DNA of 64,000 nt from an uncultured SAR86 cluster bacterium (GTDB lineage Bacteria > Pseudomonadota > Gammaproteobacteria > Magnimaribacterales > TMED112): positions 10,101 through 74,100 of the forward strand of contig CABZLG010000001.1 in NCBI GenBank assembly GCA_902526535.1. The letters run 5' to 3'. The number at the start of each line of letters is the position of its first letter. Position 1 is the first letter of the stretch. This document shows positions 1 to 13,603 of this stretch, piece by piece. The notes beneath the pieces are model-generated. The model was not told the origin of the DNA, searched no databases, and saw only the letters and a list, made by a program, of their open reading frames with translations. A program made the translations under genes and the position numbers.

Positions 1-2325
<2,325 letters not shown>

Positions 2326-3873
2326 TTACCACGAACCCTCTTTCATAAAACTATCTAAAACTTTCTTATATTTTTTTTCAATATCATCGTTCCAATCTCC
2401 AGTCTTATTGACTTCTTCCCAAACTTTTAAATATTTAGTTTTGAAGTAGTCTCTTAAATTTTCTTCAAAAGATTGCATTTTATCTTTTTCAATTTCTTTT
2501 AAATATTTATATTCAATGGCGTACAAGATTATCGATATGCATGCTACAGATCTTGGTGAAAACTGAGTTTGTTTAAAAAGCTCAGTGATTCTTTGGCCAT
2601 CTTCAAGCTGCTCTTTGGTAGCATCATCGAGGTCTGATGCAAATTGCGAAAATGATTCAAGCTCTCTAAATTGGGCAAGTGCAAGCTTTACGCCACCTCC
2701 TAGTTTTTTGATTATTTTTGTTTGAGCTGCACCACCAACTCTTGATACAGAAATCCCAACATTAATAGCTGGCCTTATCCCTGAATTAAATAAGTCTGTT
2801 TCTAAGAAAATTTGTCCATCAGTAATCGAGATAACGTTCGTAGGAATAAATGCTGAAACGTCACTTGCTTGTGTTTCAATTATTGGCAATGCTGTAAGTG
2901 ATCCGGTCTTTCCTTTTACTTTGCCATTGGTGAGTCTTTCAACATAATCCTGATTAACCCTTGCTGCACGCTCCAACAGTCTGGAGTGTAAATAAAAAAT
3001 ATCTCCAGGAAAGGCTTCTCTTCCAGGAGGTCTTTTCAGTAGAAGTGATATTTGTCTATAAGCAACAGCGTGTTTGGATAGGTCATCGTAAATTATTAGA
3101 GCATCTTCACCTCTATCTCTAAAATACTCACCCATTGTACAACCAGAATAAGGAGCTAAAAACTGCAATGAAGCACTTTCTGCTGCACTTGCTGAAACAA
3201 CAATTGTATTTTTAAGTGCATCAGCATCTTCAAGCTGTCTCACAACAGTTGCTACAGTAGATTGTTTTTGGCCTATAGCTACATATACGCATGTTATGTC
3301 TGAATCTTTCTGCTTAATTATTGCATCAACAGCAATAGCAGTTTTCCCTGTTTGTCGATCTCCAATAATAAGTTCTCTTTGACCACGTCCAATTGGTACC
3401 ATTACATCTATGGATTTTATTCCTGTTTGAACAGGCTGATCAACACTTTGTCTGTCTATAACTCCTGGCGCAACAACTTCAATGGGTGCGTTTGTTTCTG
3501 CCTTAACTTCCCCTTTTCCATCTATTGGTCTACCTAGTGCATCAATAACACGGCCTTTTAACCCTCCGCCAACAGGAACCTCTAAAATTCTTCCAGTTGT
3601 TTTTACTTTTTGGCCCTCTTTTATATGTCCAGCGTCACCCAGAACAACTGCACCAACAGAATCATTCTCAAGATTAAGCGCTAGTCCATATGTAGCTTCT
3701 CCAAAATCTAATAACTCTCCATACATTGCATCCTCTAGTCCAAAAATTTGAACAATGCCATCTGCTGTGGAAAGAACTTCTCCTACATTTGATTCAGAAC
3801 TTGCACCCTTATAGTCCTCTATTTTCTTTTTAATAATGCTTGAGATTTCTGATGGATTTATTTTGGTACTCAT
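2326..3873 (-). CDS. atpA: F1 ATP synthase alpha subunit
   Basis: [18 protein letters not shown]. Confidence 0.99.
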   Translation of the reverse strand: MSTKINPSEISSIIKKKIEDYKGASSESNVGEVLSTADGIVQIFGLEDAMYGELLDFGEATYGLALNLENDSVGAVVLGDAGHIKEGQKVKTTGRILEVPVGGGLKGRVIDALGRPIDGKGEVKAETNAPIEVVAPGVIDRQSVDQPVQTGIKSIDVMVPIGRGQRELIIGDRQTGKTAIAVDAIIKQKDSDITCVYVAIGQKQSTVATVVRQLEDADALKNTIVVSASAAESASLQFLAPYSGCTMGEYFRDRGEDALIIYDDLSKHAVAYRQISLLLKRPPGREAFPGDIFYLHSRLLERAARVNQDYVERLTNGKVKGKTGSLTALPIIETQASDVSAFIPTNVISITDGQIFLETDLFNSGIRPAINVGISVSRVGGAAQTKIIKKLGGGVKLALAQFRELESFSQFASDLDDATKEQLEDGQRITELFKQTQFSPRSVACISIILYAIEYKYLKEIEKDKMQSFEENLRDYFKTKYLKVWEEVNKTGDWNDDIEKKYKKVLDSFMKEGSW

Positions 3874-3882
3874 TGTTTCTCC

Positions 3883-4401
3883 TTAGTTTATTAATAACTC
3901 CTTTAACCCTGAAAGCTTATTATCAAGGCTTAGGTCTATTTCATTGTCTTTGTGTTTAATAATAATCCCGCCTATTAAGCTTGCATCTATTTCATAGTTT
4001 ACCTGCATGGATTTATTAAATTTATTTGATATAAATGATGAAATTTTTTCTTTAACGTCATCACTAGGTTCTTTGTTTAATTTGACATTAACTGGAATGT
4101 TGCCTTCTTGTGTAAAACAATAAGTCACAAAATATTTGAAAAGATCTGGTAAAAGGTCAAACCTATTATTGTCTGCTAATGTATTGAAAAATGGCTCAAT
4201 TGAAGAGTCGTCATTTACCAATGCAAGAGCAGTCTGTAACTTTTCCCTCTTACTAATAGTTTTGTCTTTAAAAAATGTTTTTAATGACACAATATCATTG
4301 CTTGAAACAATGCATTGAAAGGCTTCTTTAACATTAATAAGCTCTTCACTATTAAGAGATTGATATAACCCTTTCGAATAAACTTCAAACAATCTATTCA
4401 T
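3883..4401 (-). CDS. atpH: F1 ATP synthase delta subunit
   Basis: C-terminal [11 protein letters not shown]...IDLS motif; between atpF and atpA. Confidence 0.93.
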   Translation of the reverse strand: MNRLFEVYSKGLYQSLNSEELINVKEAFQCIVSSNDIVSLKTFFKDKTISKREKLQTALALVNDDSSIEPFFNTLADNNRFDLLPDLFKYFVTYCFTQEGNIPVNVKLNKEPSDDVKEKISSFISNKFNKSMQVNYEIDASLIGGIIIKHKDNEIDLSLDNKLSGLKELLIN

Positions 4402-4874
4402 TTTCTAAAATCATCCAAACTTTTTTGAATTGTATCTCCATGATTGGTTTCTGATATTTCTTTACCAACGATTTTTTTAGCTGCCGACATCACATTAGTT
4501 GCAAAATCTTTCTCAAGATTTTTCTTGGCATTAACAACTTCTTTATCTATTTCTGCTTGAGCAGAAGTAACAATACGATTCTTTTCTTCAGTTGCCTTGG
4601 CTTTTGAATCCTCAACAATTTTTTCCGATTGAGCCTTAGCATTAGATAAGACGTTTTTTGCCTCACTTTTTGCTTGAGCAATCATTTTTTTGCTTTGTTC
4701 TTCAGCTTCAATAATCTTTTTAGCACTTTCCTCTGAGTCTTTTAAACCTTTTTCAATTTTACTTGCTCGCTCTTCCATTGCTGCTAGTAATGGTGGCCAA
4801 ACAAATTTCCAACAAAACCAAATAAATAGCCCAAAAGCTATCATTTGTCCTAAGAGTGTGCCGTTTAAATTCAT
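4398..4874 (-). CDS. atpF: Fo ATP synthase subunit b
   Basis: [14 protein letters not shown]...KFVWPPL transmembrane segment followed by coiled coil. Confidence 0.98.
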   Translation of the reverse strand: MNLNGTLLGQMIAFGLFIWFCWKFVWPPLLAAMEERASKIEKGLKDSEESAKKIIEAEEQSKKMIAQAKSEAKNVLSNAKAQSEKIVEDSKAKATEEKNRIVTSAQAEIDKEVVNAKKNLEKDFATNVMSAAKKIVGKEISETNHGDTIQKSLDDFRK

Positions 4875-6145
<1,271 letters not shown>

Positions 6146-6169
6146 TTAATTTAATGTTCGTTTGTAGCT

Positions 6170-7039
6170 CTAATTTGAAATTTTTTCAATGATTCCATCT
6201 AATTCTTCATATGAGTAATATTTAATAACCATCTTTCCTTTTCCATCCTTATCCTCAATAGTTACTTTTGACCCTATACGTGAGCTTAAAGCTGATTCAA
6301 GATTAAGCTCGTCTCTTGATTTTTTTTCTTTCTTTGGAGCTTGTGGAGAGCTTTCTGTAATTTGTTTTTCTAAGTCTCTAACTGATAAATTTTCAGAAAT
6401 TATTCTTGTAAGAAGCTGGTTTGCTTTTGTCTCATCAACACTTAGAAGAACTTTTGCATGTCCCTCGCTTATAACTCCCTTATCAATTTCATCTTGAATT
6501 TTTGGCGATAATGTCAAAAGACGCAAAGAGTTAGCCACAGAGCTCCTTGGTTTGCCAACACTTTTGGCTACAGTTTCTTGTGTGTAACCAAATTCATTCT
6601 TAAGTCTTTGGTAACCTTTTGCTACCTCTAAAGGGTTAAGATCCTCTCTTTGTATGTTTTCTAAAATTGCAATTTCTAATGATTGAACATCAGAAATATT
6701 TGACACAACAACAGGTATTTTTTTTAATTTAGCAAGCTTTGCAGCTCTGAACCTTCTTTCGCCAGCTACAAGCTCATAGCTCTTTCCATCTTTTCTTACT
6801 AAAACAGGCTGTATAACACCGTGTTTTTTAATTGACTCTGCAAGCTCTTCTAATTTTTTTTGATCAAAAGATGTTCTTGGCTGATATTGATTGGCCCTAA
6901 TTTGGTTTAATAAAACATCTGATGAATTTTCTTTAGTTTCTTTTTTTAACCCTTTTTGAGGTTTTTGCGAATTTTTGCTTTCGGCAACATCACCAAGCAA
7001 AGCCTCTAATCCTTTGTTAAGTGATGTTTTTTTTACCAT
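6170..7039 (-). CDS. parB: Chromosome partitioning CTPase ParB
   Basis: QPR, LVAGERRFRAA, ENIQREDLN, helix-turn-helix, GHAK. Confidence 0.97.
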   Translation of the reverse strand: MVKKTSLNKGLEALLGDVAESKNSQKPQKGLKKETKENSSDVLLNQIRANQYQPRTSFDQKKLEELAESIKKHGVIQPVLVRKDGKSYELVAGERRFRAAKLAKLKKIPVVVSNISDVQSLEIAILENIQREDLNPLEVAKGYQRLKNEFGYTQETVAKSVGKPRSSVANSLRLLTLSPKIQDEIDKGVISEGHAKVLLSVDETKANQLLTRIISENLSVRDLEKQITESSPQAPKKEKKSRDELNLESALSSRIGSKVTIEDKDGKGKMVIKYYSYEELDGIIEKISN

Positions 7040-7796
7040 TTTCAAATTTCCTAATGAACTCTCCAGATAAACTCAGAAAAGCTTCAGCCCCAATAGATTT
7101 TATATCATAATCAACTATCGATTGGCCATAGCTGGGTGCCTCTGCTAGTCTTACATTTCTTGGTATGATCGTGTTTAAAACCTTTTCTTTAAAATGTTCT
7201 TCTAACTGGCCAGAAACTTCACGTGTAAGCCGATTTCTCCAGTCTGCCATCGTTCTAAGTATTGCAACTATATCTATTTTTAAACCAAGAACATCATTCA
7301 GTTCTGAAATTGTAGATTTTAAAGTAACTAACCCCTCAAGAGCATAATATTCACATTGAACAGGAACAAGTACGTTTTTACAAAATTCCATAGAGTTGAT
7401 TGTTAAGAGGTTTAGAGATGGAGGGCAGTCAATGAGTAAGTAATCATATTTTTTTGGAAGTTTTTTTAAGTATGTACTGAAATATCTTTCTCTGTTTTCA
7501 GTTTTTTCAATAATTTTTTCTGCTGCAACTAGGCTGTTGTTGGCTGGAATAATGTCATAGCCACCAGACGCTTTCATTATATAGCTCTCTATTTTTTCTT
7601 CATCATTAAAAAACTCATATAAAGAGTTTTCAGAATTTTTTTTGATTCCTGCTGCAGAACTAGCATTGCCTTGTGGGTCAATATCAATTAACAATACTTC
7701 ACGATTTGCTTTAGTAAGCGATGCAGCAAGATTTACTGCGGTAGTTGTCTTCCCAACACCGCCCTTTTGATTTGTAACGGCAACTTTAATCGTCAT
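7017..7796 (-). CDS. parA: Chromosome partitioning ATPase ParA/Soj
   Basis: NQKGGVGKTT deviant Walker A, DPQGNAS, IPRNVRLAEAPSYG. Confidence 0.98.
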   Translation of the reverse strand: MTIKVAVTNQKGGVGKTTTAVNLAASLTKANREVLLIDIDPQGNASSAAGIKKNSENSLYEFFNDEEKIESYIMKASGGYDIIPANNSLVAAEKIIEKTENRERYFSTYLKKLPKKYDYLLIDCPPSLNLLTINSMEFCKNVLVPVQCEYYALEGLVTLKSTISELNDVLGLKIDIVAILRTMADWRNRLTREVSGQLEEHFKEKVLNTIIPRNVRLAEAPSYGQSIVDYDIKSIGAEAFLSLSGEFIRKFENGKKNIT

Positions 7797-8364
7797 TTAC
7801 TTCAATAACTGTCATTTTTACATCTTGACACAAATAATTGTGCATCTTGTAATCATATATCAAAGGCTTAGCTTCTAATAACTCTCTTTTAGTATTGGCA
7901 TCATTTTTCTTTAAAAACAAATAGTTTTTAATATTTTTTTTATTTTTTGTCATAAGCAAGGTTTTTTTAATTGAAGCAAATGCTTTTGAACATACTGTGT
8001 GTTTCTTGTCTAAAGAAAAGTTAGTTACATCTTCGTGGATCGCTACGATACCGTCGACACCTAGTTTTGTTAAAACATATTTTTGAAACTGATGTTTTCT
8101 TAAATTTCTTTCTATTAGAAAGACTTCTTTGTTTGGGTTTAAAATTTTTATTACTATTCCCAACAATCCTGATCCCGACCCTAAATCAACAACCACACTT
8201 TCTAGTGCATCTGAAACTTTCATTGTTGCCTGTATGCAGTCCTCGATGTGAAGCTCAAAGTCTTTTATTGTTTTTGCCCCAGTGATGTTGTGTTTTAAGT
8301 TTTGTTTAAATACCTCCCCCGAGAAAATCTCAAGGGCTTCCTTAGTGTTTGGCTTTAATTGCAT
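7786..8364 (-). CDS. rsmG: 16S rRNA m7G527 methyltransferase (GidB), divergent
   Basis: DLGSGSG SAM motif, HNITG, SKAFA; between mnmG and parA. Confidence 0.85.
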   Translation of the reverse strand: MQLKPNTKEALEIFSGEVFKQNLKHNITGAKTIKDFELHIEDCIQATMKVSDALESVVVDLGSGSGLLGIVIKILNPNKEVFLIERNLRKHQFQKYVLTKLGVDGIVAIHEDVTNFSLDKKHTVCSKAFASIKKTLLMTKNKKNIKNYLFLKKNDANTKRELLEAKPLIYDYKMHNYLCQDVKMTVIEVNDD

Positions 8365-10156
8365 CAATCTTCTTTAAATGAATTGTTAGAACACTTATTG
8401 CGGCTGGAGTAATGCCCTCAATATTTGTGACTTCTTGCAGGTCTTTTGGTTTATGATGATTTAGTTTTTCTTGGAGTTCGCCAGATAAGCCAATGACCTC
8501 TTTGTAGTCAAATATTAGGCCCAGTTTAAATTCTTCTAGATTTTTAATTTTTTCTAGTTCGCGTTGCTGTTTTTTTATATAGCCAGAATATCTAATATCA
8601 AAATACGTTTGCTTAAAACTTTCGCCTTTAAGTTGGGTAATTTTTGAAATATCTTTAAGAGAAAAATCATTTCTTTTGCAAAGGTCTGTGCCCGTTATCT
8701 TCCTGCCACCTACATTTGCTTTTGTCTTTTCAAGAATGTGTCTGGCTTTATTTTTTTCTGTTTGTTTTTTCGAATAAATTTCCTCTCTTAGAGGGTCTAA
8801 TGTATTAAATTTTTTTGCATATTTAATCATTCTTTCATCAGCATTATCTTGTCTCAATAAAAGTCTGTGCTCTGCCCTTGAAGTAAACATTCTATATGGT
8901 TCACTAACTCCAAACCTTGTTAGATCATCGACCAAAACGCCCAGATAGGAGTCTTGTCTTTTTGGTATCCATTGTTCATTATCTAACAATAAAGACGCAT
9001 TTATACCTGCGACAATTCCCTGTCCTGCTGCTTCTTCATAGCCGGTTGTTCCATTAATTTGTCCGGCTAAAAACAAGTTTTTTAGTTTTTTTATTCTGAG
9101 AGTTTTGTCGAGGTTTCTTGGGTCTATGTAGTCATACTCAACAGCGTAACCAAACTGTGTTATATCTGCCTTCTCAAATCCCTTTATAGATCTAATATAT
9201 TCTTCTTGTATTTCTTTTGGAAGGCTTGTAGAAATCCCATTTGGATAAATTGTATTAGCTTGTAGGCCTTCTGGCTCAACAAAAATTTGATGTTGTTCTT
9301 TGTCTTTGAATCTCATAATTTTGTCTTCAATAGAGGGGCAATACCTCGGCCCAACACCACTTATTAGTCCTGAATACATTGCTGATTTTTTGATGTTATT
9401 TTTAATAATTTTATGTGTTTTTTGGTTTGTGTATGTAATGTAGCAGGATGTTTGCTTTGGGTGTTTGTTTTTTCCGCACAGGTATGACATGAAAAGTTTT
9501 TCATTGTCTCCGGGCTGCTCTTCTAAAGAGCTAAAGTCAACTGATTTTTTATTAAGCCTTGGTGGTGTGCCGGTTTTAAGTCTTCCTGTCTTTAATTCTA
9601 AGGCTTTAAAAAAACTCTCTAAGCCAGAGGATTTTCTTTCATTAATTCGCCCCCCTTCATTTTTTTCATGGCCTATCAAAATAGAACCGTTTAGAAATGT
9701 GCCTGTTGTTAAAACATAAGATTTTGCAAAGTATTCGTTGTTTTTAGATAGTGCTGATTTAATTTCTTTTTTTTCTTTTTTGAAATTAATAATTTCATCA
9801 TCAATCATAACAACGTCTTCTTCTTTAAGTTTCTTTTGGATGATTTTTTCATAAAGATCTTTATCTGTTTGTGCTCTTGTTGCTTGCACTGCTGGACCTT
9901 TTTTTCTATTTAGAACTCTAAACTGAATTCCTGCTAAATCAGTAGCTTCAGCAATGTAGCCACCTAATGCATCAACCTCCCTAGCAATGTGGGTTTTGCC
10001 CATTCCACCTACAGCAGGATTACATGACATCCTTCCTGTTTTTGTGTGATCTAAAGAAACAAGGCCAACGTGGCGCCCCATCTTTCTTGCAATAAGTGCG
10101 GCCTCAACACCTGCATGCCCGCCACCTATTATTAATATATCAAATATATATGTCAT
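8342..10156 (-). CDS. mnmG: tRNA U34 modification enzyme GidA
   Basis: IGGGHAG, MSCNPAVGG, GPRYCPSIEDK, AGQINGTTGYEEAA. Confidence 0.99.
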   Translation of the reverse strand: MTYIFDILIIGGGHAGVEAALIARKMGRHVGLVSLDHTKTGRMSCNPAVGGMGKTHIAREVDALGGYIAEATDLAGIQFRVLNRKKGPAVQATRAQTDKDLYEKIIQKKLKEEDVVMIDDEIINFKKEKKEIKSALSKNNEYFAKSYVLTTGTFLNGSILIGHEKNEGGRINERKSSGLESFFKALELKTGRLKTGTPPRLNKKSVDFSSLEEQPGDNEKLFMSYLCGKNKHPKQTSCYITYTNQKTHKIIKNNIKKSAMYSGLISGVGPRYCPSIEDKIMRFKDKEQHQIFVEPEGLQANTIYPNGISTSLPKEIQEEYIRSIKGFEKADITQFGYAVEYDYIDPRNLDKTLRIKKLKNLFLAGQINGTTGYEEAAGQGIVAGINASLLLDNEQWIPKRQDSYLGVLVDDLTRFGVSEPYRMFTSRAEHRLLLRQDNADERMIKYAKKFNTLDPLREEIYSKKQTEKNKARHILEKTKANVGGRKITGTDLCKRNDFSLKDISKITQLKGESFKQTYFDIRYSGYIKKQQRELEKIKNLEEFKLGLIFDYKEVIGLSGELQEKLNHHKPKDLQEVTNIEGITPAAISVLTIHLKKIDAIKAKH

Positions 10157-10157
10157 A

Positions 10158-10335
10158 TTATTTTTGTTATTGTTATTAGTCCTCTGTGTAATTGTTAATA
10201 AGTCTAAATTATAGGGTTTTTATACGTCCTTTAAAGCAAATGATTCCTGTGTCTATTTTGTAACTAATTTGTGTTTCTAGTTATGTGAAGCTGTTAACAG
10301 TTTGTTGATAAAAAAATATCAACAAAATATAAACA
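10158..10335. other. Candidate chromosomal replication origin (oriC)
   Basis: One of the largest intergenic gaps in the window; DnaA-box-like 9-mers (TTATCAACA at 10303-10311 and TTATTAACA at 10193-10201, both minus strand), a GC-rich spacer and NAN trinucleotide repeats at 10158-10178; lies upstream of mnmG as in E. coli and Vibrio. Confidence 0.7.
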
Positions 10336-10340
10336 ATTTT

Positions 10341-11624
10341 TCACTTACCTATACAGAATTTTGAGAAGACTCTATCTAATATTTTTTCATTACTAAAATT
10401 TCCATACACATATCTTAGCTCCAACAAAGCATCCCTTAATTGCTGAGCAGTAATTTCAAAAATATCATCGCCTCTCACTGACTCAATGCTATTATTTGCC
10501 TTTACAACAGCTTTATAAACTCTTTCAGTTACCAAAGAAAGCTTAGGATCGGGTTTAATATATTTATAAATTAGTTTTCTAAGCTCCTCTATGCCAGCAC
10601 CTGTTTTAGCTGAAACGTACAATGCATTTTTTTTAGTGTGAACTTTCAATAGGTCAGATTTGTTTATTATTAATACTGAGTCTTTGAACTTTTTCTTTAT
10701 TTTCTGTTCAGGCTCAAAAACCTCTAAACAAAGATCTGACGTTTCGTAAGATTCATTCGTTAAACCCATTCCCATTTTTTCAATCTCAGAAACCTGACCA
10801 GTCCTAATTCCAGCTGTATCCTCAAGCGTTATTTCTACACCTTTTAAAAATAGGTTTTTTCTTACAACATCTCTTGTGGTTCCGGGTGTATTGCTTACAA
10901 GAGCAACCTTCCCACCAACCAACGAATTAAATAAAGATGACTTTCCAACATTGGGCTGGCCAACCAAAACAACCTTTTTTTTCATCATTTCAGATTGGAA
11001 TGGAGAATATTTTCTCAAAAAATTATCTAAATCCCCCTTTAAGACGGCTATTTCTTTTTTTATATTATTTTTGCTTATTGATCCAACAGCTCCTTCATCT
11101 GAAAAATCAAGCTGAGACTCAATAGTCACTAAAAGACCTTCTATTTTTTTTGTTACATTTGAGAAAAAATGTCCAACCTTACCCAACCTAAAATCCTCTA
11201 ACATTCTAAGCTCTTCAACACTGCTTGCACTTACATTAACAGCGACTGACTCTGCCTCATCAATAGTAAATTTATTATTGAGAAACCCCCTTTTAGTAAA
11301 CTCACCTGCCTGAGCCTCCCTAAAGCCAAAATTTTCTAAAACATCAAAAATTTCTGAAACTATTACCATATTTCCATGAGACTGAATCTCTATAACATCT
11401 TCGCCCGTATACGACCGGGGTGCTTTAAAATATAAGATTAAACATTTTTCACTGAAATCACCTAACGTTATTTTTCTTAAAAAAACTCCGGGTTTTTTTC
11501 TCTCTATGCCAAGAAAATTAAAAAATTTTTCTGAAATTGATAAACCAGTAACCCTTATAACTGAAATTGCAGAAACACCTTCTGGTGTGGCGAGCGCATA
11601 TATCGAGTCCTGCTTTCTAACCAC
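10341..11624 (-). CDS. mnmE: tRNA modification GTPase MnmE/TrmE
   Basis: ALATP, GQPNVGKSS, GTTRD, DTAG, NKSD, terminal FCIGK; likely GTG start at 11624. Confidence 0.97.
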   Translation of the reverse strand: MVRKQDSIYALATPEGVSAISVIRVTGLSISEKFFNFLGIERKKPGVFLRKITLGDFSEKCLILYFKAPRSYTGEDVIEIQSHGNMVIVSEIFDVLENFGFREAQAGEFTKRGFLNNKFTIDEAESVAVNVSASSVEELRMLEDFRLGKVGHFFSNVTKKIEGLLVTIESQLDFSDEGAVGSISKNNIKKEIAVLKGDLDNFLRKYSPFQSEMMKKKVVLVGQPNVGKSSLFNSLVGGKVALVSNTPGTTRDVVRKNLFLKGVEITLEDTAGIRTGQVSEIEKMGMGLTNESYETSDLCLEVFEPEQKIKKKFKDSVLIINKSDLLKVHTKKNALYVSAKTGAGIEELRKLIYKYIKPDPKLSLVTERVYKAVVKANNSIESVRGDDIFEITAQQLRDALLELRYVYGNFSNEKILDRVFSKFCIGK

Positions 11625-13116
11625 TTTCTGACTGCGCGCGGCCAATTATTAATACTTGAGGAATTATTGATAAAAGCATATTCACAACTGAATAAACCAC
11701 AACACCAGCAGGCATGAATAAAAAAACAATCGTAATCATGGGCGGAAAAACAACCATCATTTGCTGAGCAATTTGGGCTTGCATTCCTTGAGATTGAGGT
11801 GGTTTTGGCATTAACTTTTGAGAGGCAAACATCATCAATCCCATTAATACTGGAGCAATAAGATAGGGGTCAGATTCTGCAAGATCAGGTATCCATAAAA
11901 AAGACTCTCCACGAAATTCAAAAGCCTCTCTAGTAACCCAAAACATAGCAATAAATATTGGAAATTGAGCAAACAGGGGAAGACAGCCTGCAGCAGGGTT
12001 AAATTTTTCTCTTTTGTAAAGCTGCATCATTTCCACGCTTAATTTATTCCTGTCATTTTTATATCTTTCTTGAAGATCTTGAAGTTTTGGCGAAAGTTTT
12101 CTCATTTTTACCATAGAATTCAGCTGCATAATTTGTAAAGGTGACAACACAAGTTTAAAAAGCACAGTAAGTAAAATAATTGAAACCCCCCAATTATTTA
12201 CAAGGCCATATAAAAAATTTAAAACAACTATAAAAAACTCTCCTATCCCATACACGAAACCAAGATCAAGATTGTATTTAAAGTGTGGGGCCACAACCTC
12301 TAGAACATCCTTTTGTTTTGGGCCAAGATAAAGCTTAGTTTTTGAAACATAATAACTCCCCTCAAAACTCATTGGTTCTGTTGTGCCAAACCTGTACATA
12401 CCGTTTATATCTTTAGGGTAAAGAGATATTTTTTGCTGATTAGCTTCATCATAAACAGCTACTACAAAGTGTTTTTGAGAATGACCAACCCAGTGCCCCA
12501 TATAATCTTCTCTGCTGTCAACAGACTTAAGGCTTTCATCATTAAATGCATCCTCACTTGTGCTGAAGGCGAGATGGTCTCGTGAAAATGAGGTGCCATA
12601 ATCAACTGACTTTTTTTCGTCTCTGTAAAAGGTTTTAAAAGAATTGATAACACCAATTGTGGCGGTTGTGAGATCAAGCCTGTCTTCAATAAGAAGGCTA
12701 TATTTATCAGAAAATTTTATTTTTTTTGTTAAGGTATTTCCCGCCCCATCCATGGCCTGAATAGCTAAATAATCTTTGGATGAATTTAGAACTGAAAAGT
12801 CTCTAGGGTTAAAACCAGAAATTGTTGACTTAAAATAAAATCTTAAAAACTCATCATTTGAAAGCAGCCTTACCTTTTCAAGTCCGTTATTTATCCTTTT
12901 TTCTCTTAAATATGCTTCTTTAATACTCCCGTCTTCTAAATCTATAAAAATTTCTAGAGACCCATTGCTAATTTCAAACAGATCTGAATCTGTTTTTTCT
13001 TGAACAAATTTCGAGACCTCAACTTTTTGTTCTTTACTTACATTTCCCCAATCAAAAACAAGGAGCATTACTAATAAAAGCGAAATTAATAAAAATATAG
13101 ATCTTGGATTAAACAT
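11617..13116 (-). CDS. yidC: Membrane protein insertase YidC
   Basis: NWGVSIILLT, NPAAGCLP, WIPDLAESDPY. Confidence 0.96.
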   Translation of the reverse strand: MFNPRSIFLLISLLLVMLLVFDWGNVSKEQKVEVSKFVQEKTDSDLFEISNGSLEIFIDLEDGSIKEAYLREKRINNGLEKVRLLSNDEFLRFYFKSTISGFNPRDFSVLNSSKDYLAIQAMDGAGNTLTKKIKFSDKYSLLIEDRLDLTTATIGVINSFKTFYRDEKKSVDYGTSFSRDHLAFSTSEDAFNDESLKSVDSREDYMGHWVGHSQKHFVVAVYDEANQQKISLYPKDINGMYRFGTTEPMSFEGSYYVSKTKLYLGPKQKDVLEVVAPHFKYNLDLGFVYGIGEFFIVVLNFLYGLVNNWGVSIILLTVLFKLVLSPLQIMQLNSMVKMRKLSPKLQDLQERYKNDRNKLSVEMMQLYKREKFNPAAGCLPLFAQFPIFIAMFWVTREAFEFRGESFLWIPDLAESDPYLIAPVLMGLMMFASQKLMPKPPQSQGMQAQIAQQMMVVFPPMITIVFLFMPAGVVVYSVVNMLLSIIPQVLIIGRAQSESG

Positions 13117-13381
13117 TTGAAAAAAATTCCTCTAATTCTTTTTTAAAAACACAATCTTCTTTTTTAAATTTTACCAAAAAATTTTTATTCAGATTTTTCT
13201 GGAAATTACACCTGTAAATTTCTTTGATTTGTCTTTTAATTCTATTTCTTTTAACAGCGCTTTTTACAATTTTTTTGGGAATTGAAATTCTAATAGAAGA
13301 AAAAGGATCATTAGAATCAATCAAGCTTATTTCAATACATTTGTTAATTAGTGTTGTGTTTATTTGTTGTTTGTTCGGCAT
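13109..13381 (-). CDS. rnpA: RNase P protein component (short)
   Basis: SAVKRNRIKR (RNR motif); between rpmH and yidC. Confidence 0.88.
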   Translation of the reverse strand: MPNKQQINTTLINKCIEISLIDSNDPFSSIRISIPKKIVKSAVKRNRIKRQIKEIYRCNFQKNLNKNFLVKFKKEDCVFKKELEEFFSNV

Positions 13382-13387
13382 AAAAAA

Positions 13388-13522
13388 CTAAACACTCAAG
13401 CTTTTTCTTTTTTTGGAGCGCCTGTTAGATAAAATTGTTCTACCAGCTTTTGTAGACATTCTTAATTTAAAGCCATGTGTTCGCTTTCTCTTTAAATTTG
13501 TAACTTTTAGAGTTCTTTTCAT
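13388..13522 (-). CDS. rpmH: 50S ribosomal protein L34 (44 aa, not in ORF track)
   Basis: Hand-translated [44 protein letters not shown]; divergent from dnaA. Confidence 0.96.
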   Translation of the reverse strand: MKRTLKVTNLKRKRTHGFKLRMSTKAGRTILSNRRSKKRKSLSV

Positions 13523-13525
13523 TTT

Positions 13526-13545
13526 TTATCAACAAGTTATACACA
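13526..13545 (+). promoter_or_regulatory. Tandem DnaA boxes in the rpmH-dnaA intergenic region
   Basis: TTATCAACA (13526-13534) and consensus-matching TTATACACA (13537-13545). Confidence 0.8.
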
Positions 13546-13603
13546 GAAAAACAATATACTTATTACATGTTTTTCAAAGCTCTAGTATTATAAACTTATC
13601 GTC

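Noticed and set aside
10179-10184. GAGGA as the mnmG Shine-Dalgarno
   Set aside because: More than 20 nt from the ATG, too far for a normal RBS; fits better as the GC spacer before the trios
10301-10326. Inverted repeat TTTGTTGATA-N6-TATCAACAAA as the mnmE terminator
   Set aside because: AT-rich stem without a following U-tract; the arms are opposed DnaA-box-like 9-mers, although a dual role is not excluded
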